Source of the DNA: the human T2T-CHM13v2.0 reference genome, Homo sapiens
Assembly (NCBI RefSeq): GCF_009914755.1
Contig: NC_060925.1
Direction: 5' to 3' (one strand)
DNA length: 64,000 nt
How positions within the stretch are numbered: the stretch's first letter is position 1; the number at the start of each line of letters is the position of its first letter. The notes under the pieces are model-generated. The model was not told the DNA's origin. It saw only the letters and a list, made by a program, of their open reading frames with translations, and ran no database searches. Below are positions 18,112 to 32,370 of the stretch, one piece after another. The position numbers were made by a program, and so were the translations under genes.

Positions 18112-18412
18112 GGCCAGGCGCATTGGTTCACACCAAAATCTCAGCACTTTGGGAGGCCGAGGCGGGCGTATCCCCTGAGGTCAGGAGTTCGAGATCAGCC
18201 TGGCCAACGTCGTGAAAGCCCGCCTCTACTAAAAATACAAGAATTAGCTGGACATGGTGGCTCACGTCTGTAGTCCAAGCTACTCAGGAGGCTGAGGCAC
18301 AAGAATCACTTGAACCCGGGAGGTGGAGCTTGCAGTGAGCTGAGATCATGCAACCGCACTCCAGCCTGGGCAACAGAGTGAGAGTCGGTCTCAAAAAATA
18401 AAAAATAAAAAA
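18112..18412 (+). mobile_element. AluS in L1 ORF2
   Basis: TSD aaattcatatg(t/g)gattg on both sides. Confidence 0.9.
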
Positions 18413-18620
18413 TTCATATGGGATTGCAAGGGACCTGAAATAGCCAAAACAATCTTGAAAAAAAAGTCAGGGCTGGAGGACTCACACTTCTGATTTCAAA
18501 ATGGTTCAAGAAACACCTCCCTAAATGGTTCAAGAAACAAAGGTGTGGCATCCCAACTTCCTGAAGCTGACTGTTCCCCAAGTGTCAGGCCACAAAGACT
18601 GAGTCTCCTTAAAAGATTTA

Positions 18621-18933
<313 letters not shown>

Positions 18934-19249
18934 TTAGTCCAGCCCTTATGAGCTTATCCTCTAATGTCCCCTGTACTTATATTCCTTCTTGGTGTTTTTC
19001 TTAAGTTTGGGAAAATGTTTGATTAACTAGTTGGCCTTTTCACAATTATCCTGAAGCTTAAAGGTATTATTGGTGGACCAGGACTTTCTTGTTGAAGTGA
19101 GAATGCAGAACATAATCTCTTCTTGTACTACTCTACAGACCTGCCCACACATCAAGGGAAAAGGGAACGCTCATTGTTCTTTTGTTTTGGGAGACTGGAC
19201 ACAATGTTGCATACATGTTTTAAAGTCGACTTTTAAAATTTACTTTATA

Positions 19250-19480
19250 AAACCGTGTATGGTAGTGGTTAAGAGTTGGGGCACTGGTGTCCTATATTCA
19301 TTCTTGGCTCTGTCCTCTCCTGTGTGCCATGGACGTCTCTCCCCTTCTCTGGGTATTGATTTTCCCTGCTGTAGAGAGGATAACACCTACCTCAGAGGAT
19401 TATATGAATGAGAGAAGGTATGAGAAGTACCAGTACAGTGCCCTACACAGTGTAGGTGCTCAAGAAAGTTAGCCTGTTAG
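19250..19480 (+). mobile_element. MIR
   Basis: ggtagtggttaagag...acctacctcagaggatta...acagtgccctacacagtgtaggtgctcaag. Confidence 0.7.
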
Positions 19481-19602
19481 TTACCTAACTTATTATAGAA
19501 CATCCATGAACCGCCAAAGGTCTTCTCCTCTCCATGAAATTTTGTCCAGTGAACAGTCCATGATGATTTCTCTTTTGTCTACAGTCCTGTAATCCTTGAT
19601 GA

Positions 19603-20250
<648 letters not shown>

Positions 20251-20387
20251 ATCTGTAGCCATTTCATATTGTACACAAACTTTCATCAAATAAACATTAA
20301 GTCATTTGAGAGTAGTGGCAATGTTGTGCACTGTTGCAGCCCCCAGCGCCTGATGCAGCCACACATGTAATGAGCCCGGAAGGAACA

Positions 20388-20721
20388 TATCTTAGTTTTA
20401 TGTGGCTGTAAACAAAATACCTGAGACTGGATAATTTACAAAGAACAGAGATTTATTTCATACAGTTCTGGAGGCTGGGATGTCAGTGTCGAGGGCTCTT
20501 CTGCTGCATCTTACCATGACAGAAAGTGGAAGGGCAAGACAGCATGCATAAGAGATGAAAAGCACAGTCTCAGCCCTTTTACAGTCAGTATTAATCTATT
20601 CTTGAGGGCGGAGCTCTCTTGACCCAAACACCTCTGATTAGGCTCCATTTCCCAACACTGCCGCATTCAGGATTACATTTTCAACACATGCTTTTTTGGG
20701 GCACACATTCAAACCGCAACA
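20388..20721 (-). mobile_element. MST (MSTD-like) MaLR solo LTR
   Basis: aaaatacctgagactggataatttacaaagaacagagatttattt...cacattcaaacc; 5-bp TSD gaaca at 20383-20387 and 20722-20726. Confidence 0.85.
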
Positions 20722-21665
20722 GAACACATTTTAATTGAATGGCCGAGAAGTGATTTGGAGCCCAGGATAAAGCACTGGATTTGTCATTAAAAGATTGAAG
20801 TTCTAGCCTTGGTTCTCATATGGGTGGGCTTTGTGACACTGGACAAGAAACTTCAAGGCAACTCTCATAATCAGTCTCTAAATTAGGATAATAGGGCTGC
20901 CCTACCCACTTTCAGGAAGAATTACAGTAAGACGTGACACCATACATGTGAAAGTATTTGGTAATTCCTAAACTGCAAAAAAAAAAAAAAAAACCTACCC
21001 AGAATCCAGCAGGATTGTATCTTGAATCTATATAAGCAACCAAATTCTCCTCGTGTTGTCTTTATTTTAGGCTGTTGATAAATGTTCCATAATTCTGGTG
21101 CTATAAAAAGGCAGAATAAAGGAAGATAAAACCTGTTGGCTGCTAATCATTTACAATCAGATCATTGACTCAACCAATTAACCAATTACACTTAAAGTTA
21201 AAGCCCATTTGCAACCTACTGCCAGGATTAGGAGATTGATAGATTTTTAGCACAAAGGCTTAGGCTCAAAACTCCCATTAGCAGTAATGGGAACTATGCC
21301 CATTAGGCCCATCGAGAGATGAGAGTTGAATGCGATCTATAATCTATCTTGCTTAATGTCATCAGTTTCCCTATAGCCCCTTCAAACAATCAGACGCCAC
21401 TGAATGCCCTAAACGGAACTAATAGCATTGAATTAGGAGAATATTAACAGTCTATTTCAGTGAGGCCTTCCAACACAATAAGCCTGTAGGTATTTCAAAA
21501 TCTTGACATGCCTGTGCACGTTTTTTGTTTGTTTGTTTACTTAAGGAGGAAGGTAATCCTTTAATAATGCGAAAATACTGAAAGAGGATAATTTACATGA
21601 CTGTATCAGACAAACTATTTCCCCTAATACTTGAGCTTTTTGTTATATAAAAAGTGATCAGTTGA

Positions 21666-22053
<388 letters not shown>

Positions 22054-23139
22054 TGACATTGGGCTCTTTTTTTTTCTTTCCTTCAAAATAATCATTGAAG
22101 ATACTCTTTAGACAGTCACAAAACATAATGCTTGGTTAAAATTTTCCCAACCACATAAGCACAAAATATAATTTCTCCCTTATTCTTACCCCACATGCAT
22201 TATCAACTCCTATCACATCATCTTTTAAATACTTGATATCTGCCCTTTTCCTTCTAGTGCCATCATGCCCACCCTAGTTAAGGCTCCTTTAAAGCAGACT
22301 CAGACTGAGCCAATGACTTTCTAGTTGCTCTTCTTTAAATCTCTTGACACTTCAATCCAGTGTGCACATTCTGTAATGCATAGAATGTAAAATTTTTGAG
22401 AGCAGAAACTATGTCCTATATTTCCCCATATTATAGATACAGTGATATTTCCCGAATTAAAAATGTAGACACATAATCTGATAATTACATTTGTAGAGAA
22501 AAAGAAACAAATCTAAAATTGGACTTTTCCTTCCACATTTGTGGTTATTGTATCTAACAGATACATTCTAACAAAATGCATTCTGCATCATATAAATACA
22601 ATACACATGGGTTGATTGGTGGGTTAATTGCTTAGTCTGTTTAGAAGAGAGATTGTAAACTTATACAGATCAAATATGACCTGCGGTGATTTTTTCCCAG
22701 CACATTAAAACATTTTTTAAACTGTTTGCCAACACTTAAAAATTGCTGAATTCACATAAAAATCAGGCTACACTTGAGAAATCTGAAGAACACCGGATTT
22801 TTAGACATCAGCTCAAGCTGAAGCTCGCCTAAGACAGGAAAATCTAACAAAGCTGCAAACCCCAAAGGGGCTGCACTTCCAGTGCAATGATGAACAGGAA
22901 AGAAACCTGCTGCACAGAAAGGAGCAAGGAAACTTGCCCATCTGTACCTTGGCATTTGGTAGAGGAAATATGTATATTTCCTCTTTCAATAATTTATATC
23001 CACAGTTGATACTGTCATACACATGGGTTTGCAGGTCAAGTCACCCACTTACATAGTTAAAAACAAAAACAAACAAAAAATCAAGGAGAGAGATTAATTT
23101 GGTCCTGAGTAAGTAGTTAACCCCAGGCAACTAGTAAAA

Positions 23140-24330
23140 GTAAACACAAATAATCTCTGAATGAAGGTAACGTCAATCTATGCCTCAAGTAATTTCTACG
23201 GATAAAATCCAAGGAATATAAACCCAGAGTCAAAATCCACAAAACATAAAAGTAAACGGCACAATGGGTAAAAACTAGAAGGAGGAGATGGTAAAAATCA
23301 TACATGCAGTCTTCAAATGTAGAATGACAAGACATAGAATATAAAATAAGAATGTTTAATATTAACTCACATGACAAATATTATTTGAATACCTTCTATT
23401 TGCCAGGTATTGTTCTAAGCCTTAAGGATAAAGTGGCTAACAAAATAAACACCCTTGCTTTAAAGAAGTTTACATTTTAAGAAGGGGTGACAAATTACTT
23501 AATAAAAGATGTAGGATGGTAGGTGGTTAAAAAAAATCTAGAAGAGAGATACAGAGTATTATAATATAGGATATTTCACTGTCCTTAGAGCCACGCTGGG
23601 ATTAGCTTTGGGTATGAGAGATAACCTAGGGGTCCTGGACTTTTTGTGTGACTGACATAAACAAGGACAACGGCATAATGGGTTTATAATGGTTGCAGAG
23701 AATGGTGGTATGAGTGTGGGAGTGTGGGGCTGTCGGGGACTGTTGTGGGGAGGAGTCTCTTCTCCAGAACATACAGAGTCCTGGGCCTCCCTCTTCATTC
23801 TTGACAATGCTTATGTGAAGGATAGAGAAGGAATGTTCTTCTCCAAGGCACAGGTTACCCCAGGGATCCCTCTTGTTTCCTGCTGATGGAAGCCCAGAGC
23901 CACAAGACGAGACAGCCTCTCATCTTATCTTTAAAACTTTTGTTTCAAGAAATAAAAGCCTGTAAATATGGTGAAGAAACAAATGACTATACAAACTTTT
24001 CCAAACAGATCTGAAATAGAACTTCTAGAAATAGAACAAAAAGATAGAAATTAAAAAGTCAAACAAGTTAAAAAGAAGATTGGATACAGCTGGAGAAAAA
24101 ACTCATGAACTGGAAGTCAGATCCTAAAAAACTGTCCTAAATGCAGTCCAAAGAGTATGAAGAGATGCAAAATATGAAAGAGAGATTACAAGACTTGGAT
24201 TATATATTAGAATGTCTAATACACATGTAATCACAATTCTCCAAAGAGATAGAGAAAATGAGGGAGAGGAAATAGTAAAAGAGACAACAGCTGGGAATTT
24301 CCAAGCATTGTTGAAAGTAATTACCATACT
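23140..24330 (+). mobile_element. Old L1M ORF1-region fragments with intervening L2 (~23370-23530) and unassigned sequence
   Basis: A-rich L1 ORF1-like text (gaaatagaacttctagaaat...gattggatacagctggagaa). Confidence 0.55.
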
Positions 24331-24592
24331 TACATGGTCACAGCAGGCATTTGAGTTTTTAACCCTTTGTACAAGTTTTTCTTAAGCTACCGTCCAGAAA
24401 AATGTCTTTCATTGAGTACTACTTTATAGTTTACAAAAGGCTTTCACATACTAAAATCTATGTAACATGTTTTTAGACTCATTGAAAGTCTTGGATTTGT
24501 TTTCCTATTACAACAGGAAACTGAAGTAATCTCTGGCTGTAAGATTAGTATTAAAGCCATTCTCTTTTAAGTGGAAAAAGAGAAGAGGATGT

Positions 24593-24944
24593 TGATATGG
24601 TTTGGCTGTGTCCCCACCCAAATCTCATCTTGAATTCCCATGTGTCATGGGAGGAACCCAGTGATAATTAAATCATGGGGGCGGGTCTTTTCCATGCTAT
24701 TCTTGTGATAGTGAATAAGTCTCAGGAGATCTGATGGTTTTAAAAATGGGAGTTTCCCTGCACAAGCTCTCTCTTTGCCTGCTGCCGTCCATGTAAGATG
24801 TGACTTGTTCCTCCTTGCCTTCCACCATGATTGTGAGGCCTCCCCAGCCATGTGGAACTTTGAGACCAACTAAAACTTCTTCCTTTTGTAAATTGCCCAG
24901 TTTCAGGTATGTCTTTATCAGCCACGTGAAAATGGACTAATACA
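24593..24944 (+). mobile_element. THE1 (THE1A/B) MaLR solo LTR
   Basis: tgatatggtttggctgtgtccccacccaaatctcatcttgaa...aatggactaataca; TSD gatgt at 24588-24592 and 24945-24949. Confidence 0.95.
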
Positions 24945-25467
24945 GATGTTTAGGACCAAACTTAACTAACAATAACTACAGCACTTAAGTATGATGAACA
25001 TGGTAGTAAATTTGATTCATTTTTCTGCAGTTTTCATTTCAATACTCATTTGGGATATTTCCCTTGTAAATCTTCCTATCTTTTGTTTTCTCTCCTCAGG
25101 AATGATTTTTGGGGTCCACAGAAGACAGTGCCCTTCACTGGGTTAAGTGATGAGATCTAATTTCATCATGACCTTGAAGGCTCTATAAATCACTTTCTCC
25201 TGTTGCTATGTGAACAAAGTCCAAACCTTCTCAGCATGACATAATAGGCTGTTTCTTTGCCATATGTCACTGCCCTCCTTCTCAGCTCTACTCTCAGTGC
25301 AAGCACATAAGATAACTCACATGTGTTCATTTATTTGAACACATACCTGGGCACCTTGTTTCTGTATAGGACATTCCCCTTGGCTCTCTCTTTGCCTTTC
25401 TCATCCTTCCTCAGTACTCCCCATTAACTTCCTCTCACTTCTCAATCTGTTGGTCTCAAGAAAGTCA

Positions 25468-25766
<299 letters not shown>

Positions 25767-26003
25767 GTCTACTGGTTCTTCAGGATCCTCCCCAAACTGG
25801 GTGGGCACCTGGCTGCCCAAAGCTTTCTCTAACAGTATCTACGGCACCTTGAACTACAGTGTATTTTTTTCAGGTCTGTGCTATAATGTATCCATCTCTA
25901 TATTCTGGCATGTCTGGCATGTGATGGGCACTCAAGCAATTTTTGGTAAATAAACATTATAGAAAGTCTGGGAAAATACTGGGGGTTGGGGGAGAGAATC
26001 ATA

Positions 26004-26254
26004 AGTTTTTTTTTTTTTTTTAAGATGGAGTCTCACTCTGTCAACAGGCTGGAGTGCAGTGGCACGATCTTGGGTCACTGCAACCTCTGACTCCCTGGTT
26101 CAAGCGATTCTCCTCCCTCAGCCTCCCGAGTAGCTGGGATTACAGGCATGTGTCACCATGCCCAGCTAATTTTGTATTTTTAGTAGAGACGGGTTTTACC
26201 ATGTTGGGCAGGATGGTCTTGATCTTCTGACCTCATGATCCGCCCGCCTTGGCC
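26004..26254 (-). mobile_element. AluSc, 5'-truncated
   Basis: ggatggtcttgatcttctgacctcatgatccgcccgcc; flanks atc(a/g)taagt. Confidence 0.85.
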
Positions 26255-26367
26255 ATCGTAAGTCTTAAAAGATCATTGTAGGGCAATCCTTATTCCTGAA
26301 CCCAGCAATACCACTTCCAGAAAATCTACCCATGCAAATAATTGAGAATGTGTTCAGGTATAGTTAC

Positions 26368-26526
26368 AGCCTGGCAAGATGAGTCCTGCCTGTAATCCCA
26401 GATACTTGGGAGGCTGAGGTGGGAGGATCACCTGAGTCCAGGAGGTCAAGGCTGCAGTGAGCCATGATTGTGCCACTGCACTACAGCTTGGGTGAGAGAG
26501 ACCCCATCTCTTAAAAAAAAAAAAAA
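26368..26526 (+). mobile_element. FRAM/AluJ right monomer inside an L1ME fragment
   Basis: Single monomer with A tail. Confidence 0.75.
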
Positions 26527-27299
26527 TAACTACAAAGCTGCACACTCCAGTCCTGTTTAAATAGCAATACTTCCGGACACAATTTTTAAGTTATTCAATA
26601 GGGCTTTGGTTAAATAAATGTACAATGGAATACGAAGTAGTGATTTAAAAACACGTATGGAAAATATTTTTCCATGATATTTGATTCAAAGGAAAAAGGT
26701 GACAAAGCATTGTGTTCGATGTGATTACATATAATGCTATACATCAGATTGTTAACAGTGGTTTTCTGGGTGGTGGGATTTCCATTTATTTTCTGATTCT
26801 GGAAAAAATCTGATTTTTCTGCAATGAATAATAATTATTTTTGTGATTTTTAAAAAGGAGGGTTTTTTTTTTGGTGGGGGGGCGGTTGGATTTTTGTTTT
26901 GTTTTGTTTTTGAGATGGGGTCTCACTCTGTGGCCCAGGCTGGAGTGCGGTGGCGCCATGGAAGTTTTTGTTTCTAAAGGGTCCTTTCCTTTGGAGCTCC
27001 AACTCTACTAAGAGGCCATTCATATTCCCAACATTCCAGGGTGCCCAAAGGAAAGACCTGGCCAGTTATTTCAGCATCAATTCACAAAATGGGGCGTTGG
27101 AAGGGGAAAAACAGCTGCTCTAGTTGGGCAGTGATTATTAAACCCCTCCCAAAAATGGAGTGGACAATTTCCAAGATCTCATCATGTTAGAAAACTTTCA
27201 TTCGCCGATTTCACTTTTCAAGTGAATCCTAAAGCCTGTTTCCTTAATCTTCATAATTTTGGACATTCCACAGCCCGACCCACGCGTTTATCTTTCACT

Positions 27300-27520
27300 G
27301 GGCTGCAGTGATTCCCCTTGTTACCAAAAGGGGCCCAGCCTCCGCCAGCAGAGGCCTCCTGCGGAGCTGGGGGCGGGACCTCTGGGCTGGGTCCCCCTCT
27401 CCCTGTGCGCTGGCTGGCGGCGAGTGCAGTGACTGATTTCCTCTGCTCGCCTTCCCGGAGGTCCCCACCCACGCCACTGCCAACGCTCGGAGGAAGTCAC
27501 GTTCAGGCCCCAGAGCTGGT
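27300..27520. promoter_or_regulatory. GC-rich candidate enhancer/insulator
   Basis: CTCF-like ccgccagcagaggcctc 27342-27358; GC box gggggcggga 27369-27378; ggaggaagtcacgt 27489-27502; locally CpG-rich. Confidence 0.5.
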
Positions 27521-27549
27521 CTGAATCTTCCAGGAGGAAAAGAGGGGGT

Positions 27550-27810
27550 GCATGTGTGCGTGTGTGTGTGGTAGTGTGTGTGTTGTATGTCTAAGAGGTA
27601 GCAAGTGTGTTTGTGTGCGTGATATGTGTGTTTGAGAGGCAGCAAATGTGTGTGTTGTATGTGTGTTTGAGAGGTAGAAAGTGTGTGTGTGGGGGGGGGG
27701 GGTATGTGTGCCTGAAAGGCAGCAAGTGTGTGTGCGTGTGGTATGTGTGTTTGAGGGGCAGCAAGTGTTTGAGTGTGAGTGTGTGGTATGTGTGTTTGAG
27801 GGGTAGCAGG
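27550..27810. repeat. GT-rich minisatellite, ~6 units of 35-45 bp
   Basis: Recurrent gtatgtgtgtttgag(a/g)gg(c/t)agcaagtgtg. Confidence 0.85.
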
Positions 27811-28137
27811 AACCCTAGCTTGGTGTCTGTCAGTAACTAGATGGTGATGCAGGTAAGTGATTTTCCCGTTGAGTGGATTAAATTCCTAGTCTGTCAGAGA
27901 GGGTGTTGACCTAGAATGACTGCGCAGGTCTCCTGTCCAGTGTTAAGGAGCGTGAGTGCCCTGATGTCCCCAGGAGTGCTGCAAAAAGAGCAAAATGGCA
28001 TATATCAGGCGTCCCCGAGATGCTGGCATCTATGTTAAAACTATCTTATTTCATCTTCCAACTACTCCTTACAATAGGTGCCCTGATCCCAATACAAGAT
28101 TGAAAACTGAGGCTCAGAGTCTGCGGTATGCTGTCCA

Positions 28138-28235
28138 ATATGTATGTATACACAAACACACACACGTATATACGTATGTTTGTGTGTATATACGTATGTG
28201 TATATATGCACATATATGGGTGTGTATGTATATAT
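28138..28235. repeat. (TA/TG/CA)n low-complexity repeat
   Basis: Read directly. Confidence 0.85.
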
Positions 28236-28559
28236 TTTACAGCCCATTTGGGCAAATGAGTGAGCCCCAGCCAGAAGCAAGCGCCCCCGCTGCCCCTGGG
28301 CAGTGGGCTCGGTACCGCCACGCACCCGTCCTATGTGTTACCTGGTCGCTGCTCACTGGAGTGAAAGCCATTTAGTGGCTGATCCAAGGGAAGTATGAGC
28401 TAGTGGCATGTCGAGACAAACCTGGATTTGATTCGCAGCTCTGCCTTCTGTTTGACTACAAGCAAGTAACAAGCTTTTGGAGCCTGTTTCCTCACTTCTA
28501 AGTGACGCTAATTATAGTATGTACATCACAAGGATAGTGACATAAGTGATGACTGTGAC

Positions 28560-29350
28560 CAAACTTGGATCACCAAGCCTGCACCCAGGGAGCGCTCAGT
28601 AACGCAGCGCTGAGGAGTAGGCCACCCCGGAGGGCTCCAGGTTTCAGCGCAGGCTTCCGCGGAGCCAGCTGGATGCGTCACCATCCGAAAGTGCGAGCCT
28701 GGCCGGCGGCGGCGGAGGCGGGGGCACCGCGCAGTTGGAAGCCCGGGCGCTCTTACCGAAAGCGCGAGCCCGGACTTCCCCGCCACGATCGATGTGGCCA
28801 GTCTGCGCCTGCCGCAGTTCCCGCTCGCACCCCGGCCCCTCGCAGAGTCCCAGGAAAGCGCTGTGGCGGGCGGGCAGTCTCTGCCCCCGGGAGGGGACGC
28901 ACGCACGCGCTGCTCCTTCCAGGTCCCGGCGGGGAAGCGATGCTTTCTTGGCCCGGGCTTGGGGCCAGCGGGAACCGGGCTGTCCGGCCGCGCCGTCGCG
29001 CCTCGCACGGCGTGAGACAACCTAGCTTTTTTTTTTTTTTTTTTTTTTAAGAAAAGCATTGGCACCGCAGCAGCCTCCCCCGCTTCTTCCCTACTAGGAC
29101 GCCCGCCTGACTCGCCCCATTGCACAATTCTTACCGTGGAACAGCCGCGTGACTCGGCGGGAGCCCAAAAGTTTCCCAGGTTTCCTCAGCCTAGAAAAGC
29201 GTGGGTGGGTGTCCCGGCCTGGCTCCAGGCGCCCTTTAAGTTGTATTTCTTCGGGTAACTGGGTTGCCCTTTAAAATGTGGAGATTGTCCTTTAGAAAGA
29301 AAGAAAATCTCACGAGCTCGCTGGCCCGCCAGGTCTAGGTTGGCGCCGGG
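28560..29350. promoter_or_regulatory. CpG island promoter (probably of a minus-strand lncRNA or alternative first exon)
   Basis: Dense CpG and high GC over ~800 bp in otherwise CpG-poor DNA; NRF1-like acgcacgcgc, ETS-like ggacttcc; minus-strand donors TCG|GTAAGA (28757) and ACG|GTAAGA (29135). Recalled context suggests LINC01359/JAK1 upstream, unverified. Confidence 0.85.
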
Positions 29351-29947
29351 TGACTGCAATGAAACGCGTTTCTTTTCCCATGTACATTTTCAGACGGTAA
29401 AAGTGTTTCGATTTGTTTGGGGGAGAAGTCAGGCGCTGGTTTTAAAGGAGGAAGGGGAATGATGCTTAAAAGCAGAGACACGATTTGGAGCTCTCCAAGA
29501 ATCATAGTGTTTATTAACAATGATTGTGCTTAGTAGACACTGAGAAAATATCGAACGAATGAGTATTTGGAGGAGGGATTTAAATGGGTGTCTATAGGCC
29601 AACGCTTTCATTCTGCTGATGAGAAAACCTAGAGGTTAAGTGATTTGCCCAAAGTCACCTAGCTAATTAATGTGGAAGGCAGGAATGGAATCTGTCTCGT
29701 TTTGACTCCAAATTCTTGTTATGAGATGGGTGCGTTTTCCCCTCTTTATGAAAAAAAAAAATGCCTTCTGTAGTAATCTCTGTAAAGCCTTACTCCACTC
29801 CCTCTGTCTACGCATCTAAAGCAAACATACAAAACAAAAAAGAAAACAGCAATCCCCAAATGCAATCCATGCACTCAAATAGGCTAAATTTGGCAATGCC
29901 AAAACAATATATTAACAAGGCATTTTAGTTCTTATTCCTATAAATAA

Positions 29948-30254
<307 letters not shown>

Positions 30255-31143
30255 AATAGTACTTTCTTATTCACACAAAATATGTGAAGAAAAGGAGGAA
30301 GAGGAGGAGGAGGAAAAACAGAATAAGCAAAACAGTGCTTCTCCAAGATGATATGGAAAATACCAAGCTCCCACTAACCTTACTTTTGTAAGTAAGGTGT
30401 TTGGTGCTCTGCATAGAAACTGCTGGACTCGTGAGTGACCATCAGGGTTGATCTAAGATTGTCAGTTATTTCACTCAGGCTTTGACTGGATTTGTTGCTC
30501 ATCTTTCAGAATAGACAGATGCAATCTGTGCAAACACAAGGGACTTCAATGACAATCTTGCAAATAGCTAGACAGCTTTTGTCTTTGACGTTTCTAGGCT
30601 GACCAACTATACCAAATGTCTGATTTAGGAACCAAAATTGCAAAACAAGTAGATGTGAAGATCAAAGGAATCAAGACTATAAGTAGGGATTATGACTAAA
30701 AATTCTTTTACGTGTTGTCTGTGGTGTTTCCACAATAATAATTACAATGTGGTTATAATAATATAATCCAAGTACAACTTCTTATCCAGGAAGAAGCTGG
30801 GACTTCCAGTGATGAGCAGACCAGAAGACCAAATTGTGAAATGTCTCATTTCAGCCAAATACCTTCTGAAATGGAGACAATTCTCATATTTCACTCTGCT
30901 ATCTTCACTACCCTTTATTTCTGATATCGTGAAGGTGGGGATGTATACTAATGTCTAAAAATTTTTGAAATTCTAAGAGGCTAAATAGAATCTGCTAATT
31001 TTAGTTTGATAATCCACAATATTCCTGAAATCAAAGCATCATCTCCTATATTTTTCCCATACTGTGATTTCTAGTTTGTCATTATACCAGGCTACTGAAT
31101 CTGAACTCAAGAAACAAACAAACAAACAAAAAGCATTTTATCA

Positions 31144-31372
<229 letters not shown>

Positions 31373-31970
31373 GTGAATTTTCTGTGGTTATTAGAGGCTG
31401 GGAAGGGTAGTGGGAGGGGAAGATGATGAGAGGTTACATAACAAATACAAATTTACAGCTGGATGAAAGGAATAAGTTCTAGTGTTCTATAGCACTATAG
31501 GGTGCATACGGGTAACAATAATTTAATGTATTTTTTTCCAAGAAGCTAGAAGAGAGAATTTTGAATGTTCACAACACAAATAAATGATATACTTTCAAGG
31601 TGATGGATATGCTAATTACCCAGATTTGATCATTGCACATTGTACACATGTACTGAAATATCATTGTATCCAATAAATATGTACTATGTCAACTAGAAAT
31701 AAGAGGGAAAATCAATTAATTCTTTAAAAATATGTGAGTTATCTCCAATTGACCTATAGATTTGATTGCAATTCCAATTAAAATCCCAGCAGACTTTTTG
31801 ATGGAACTTGACAACTTAATTATAAAATGTATATGGAAGTGCAAAGGGCCAAAATTAGCCAAGATGGTCTTGCAGAAGAATAAGTTATAATAAGATGATC
31901 TTGCAGAAGAATAAGTTGCCATTCCAGATATTAAAATTTTAAAAGTCATAATAATTAAGATAAATATAAT
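31373..31970 (+). mobile_element. L1MA 3' end (31373-31705) and L1M ORF2 fragment (31720-31970)
   Basis: gaataagttctagtgttctatagcactatagg...gatggatatgctaattaccc; gatttgattgcaattccaattaaaatcccagcag. Confidence 0.8.
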
Positions 31971-32370
31971 TTGTGAACTCTCATGCTCAGACACCAGTCA
32001 CACCCATTTTAGGACATCTCACAATTAAATGTTTCACTAACCTTGATGTCTACACTAATATAGAAGTAAACAATAAATATGGGCTTTCTAAGCAAGAGAG
32101 ATTTTATCTCTTCACATAAGTGTGAAGAAATAATATAGAAGTATCTGTTCCTTATAATGGAGAGTTGAGTTTGGTAAACTCAAATTGTATTTGGTAAACT
32201 AATTGATGAATCTCTTAAGGTTTTTTGAATAGTTCACTATGTCATAAACTTAGCTTTCCCATCCACACAGACTGAAATATTTTACCAGACAGTATCTGAA
32301 TTTGAAAATATCTTTAGGTCTAGGTGATTTGCTTCATGGCTTTTCTTTAATTAAAACGGCTTCTATTGTT

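Noticed and set aside
27550-27810. CRISPR-like repeat-spacer array
   Set aside because: Eukaryotic context, degenerate repeats, spacers are simple GT runs, and no cas genes.
28526-29125. 199-aa and 161-aa ORFs over the CpG island as protein-coding genes
   Set aside because: GC-rich, stop-poor sequence giving Arg/Pro/Gly/Ala-rich text with poly-K or poly-F from the T tract; no recognisable domain.
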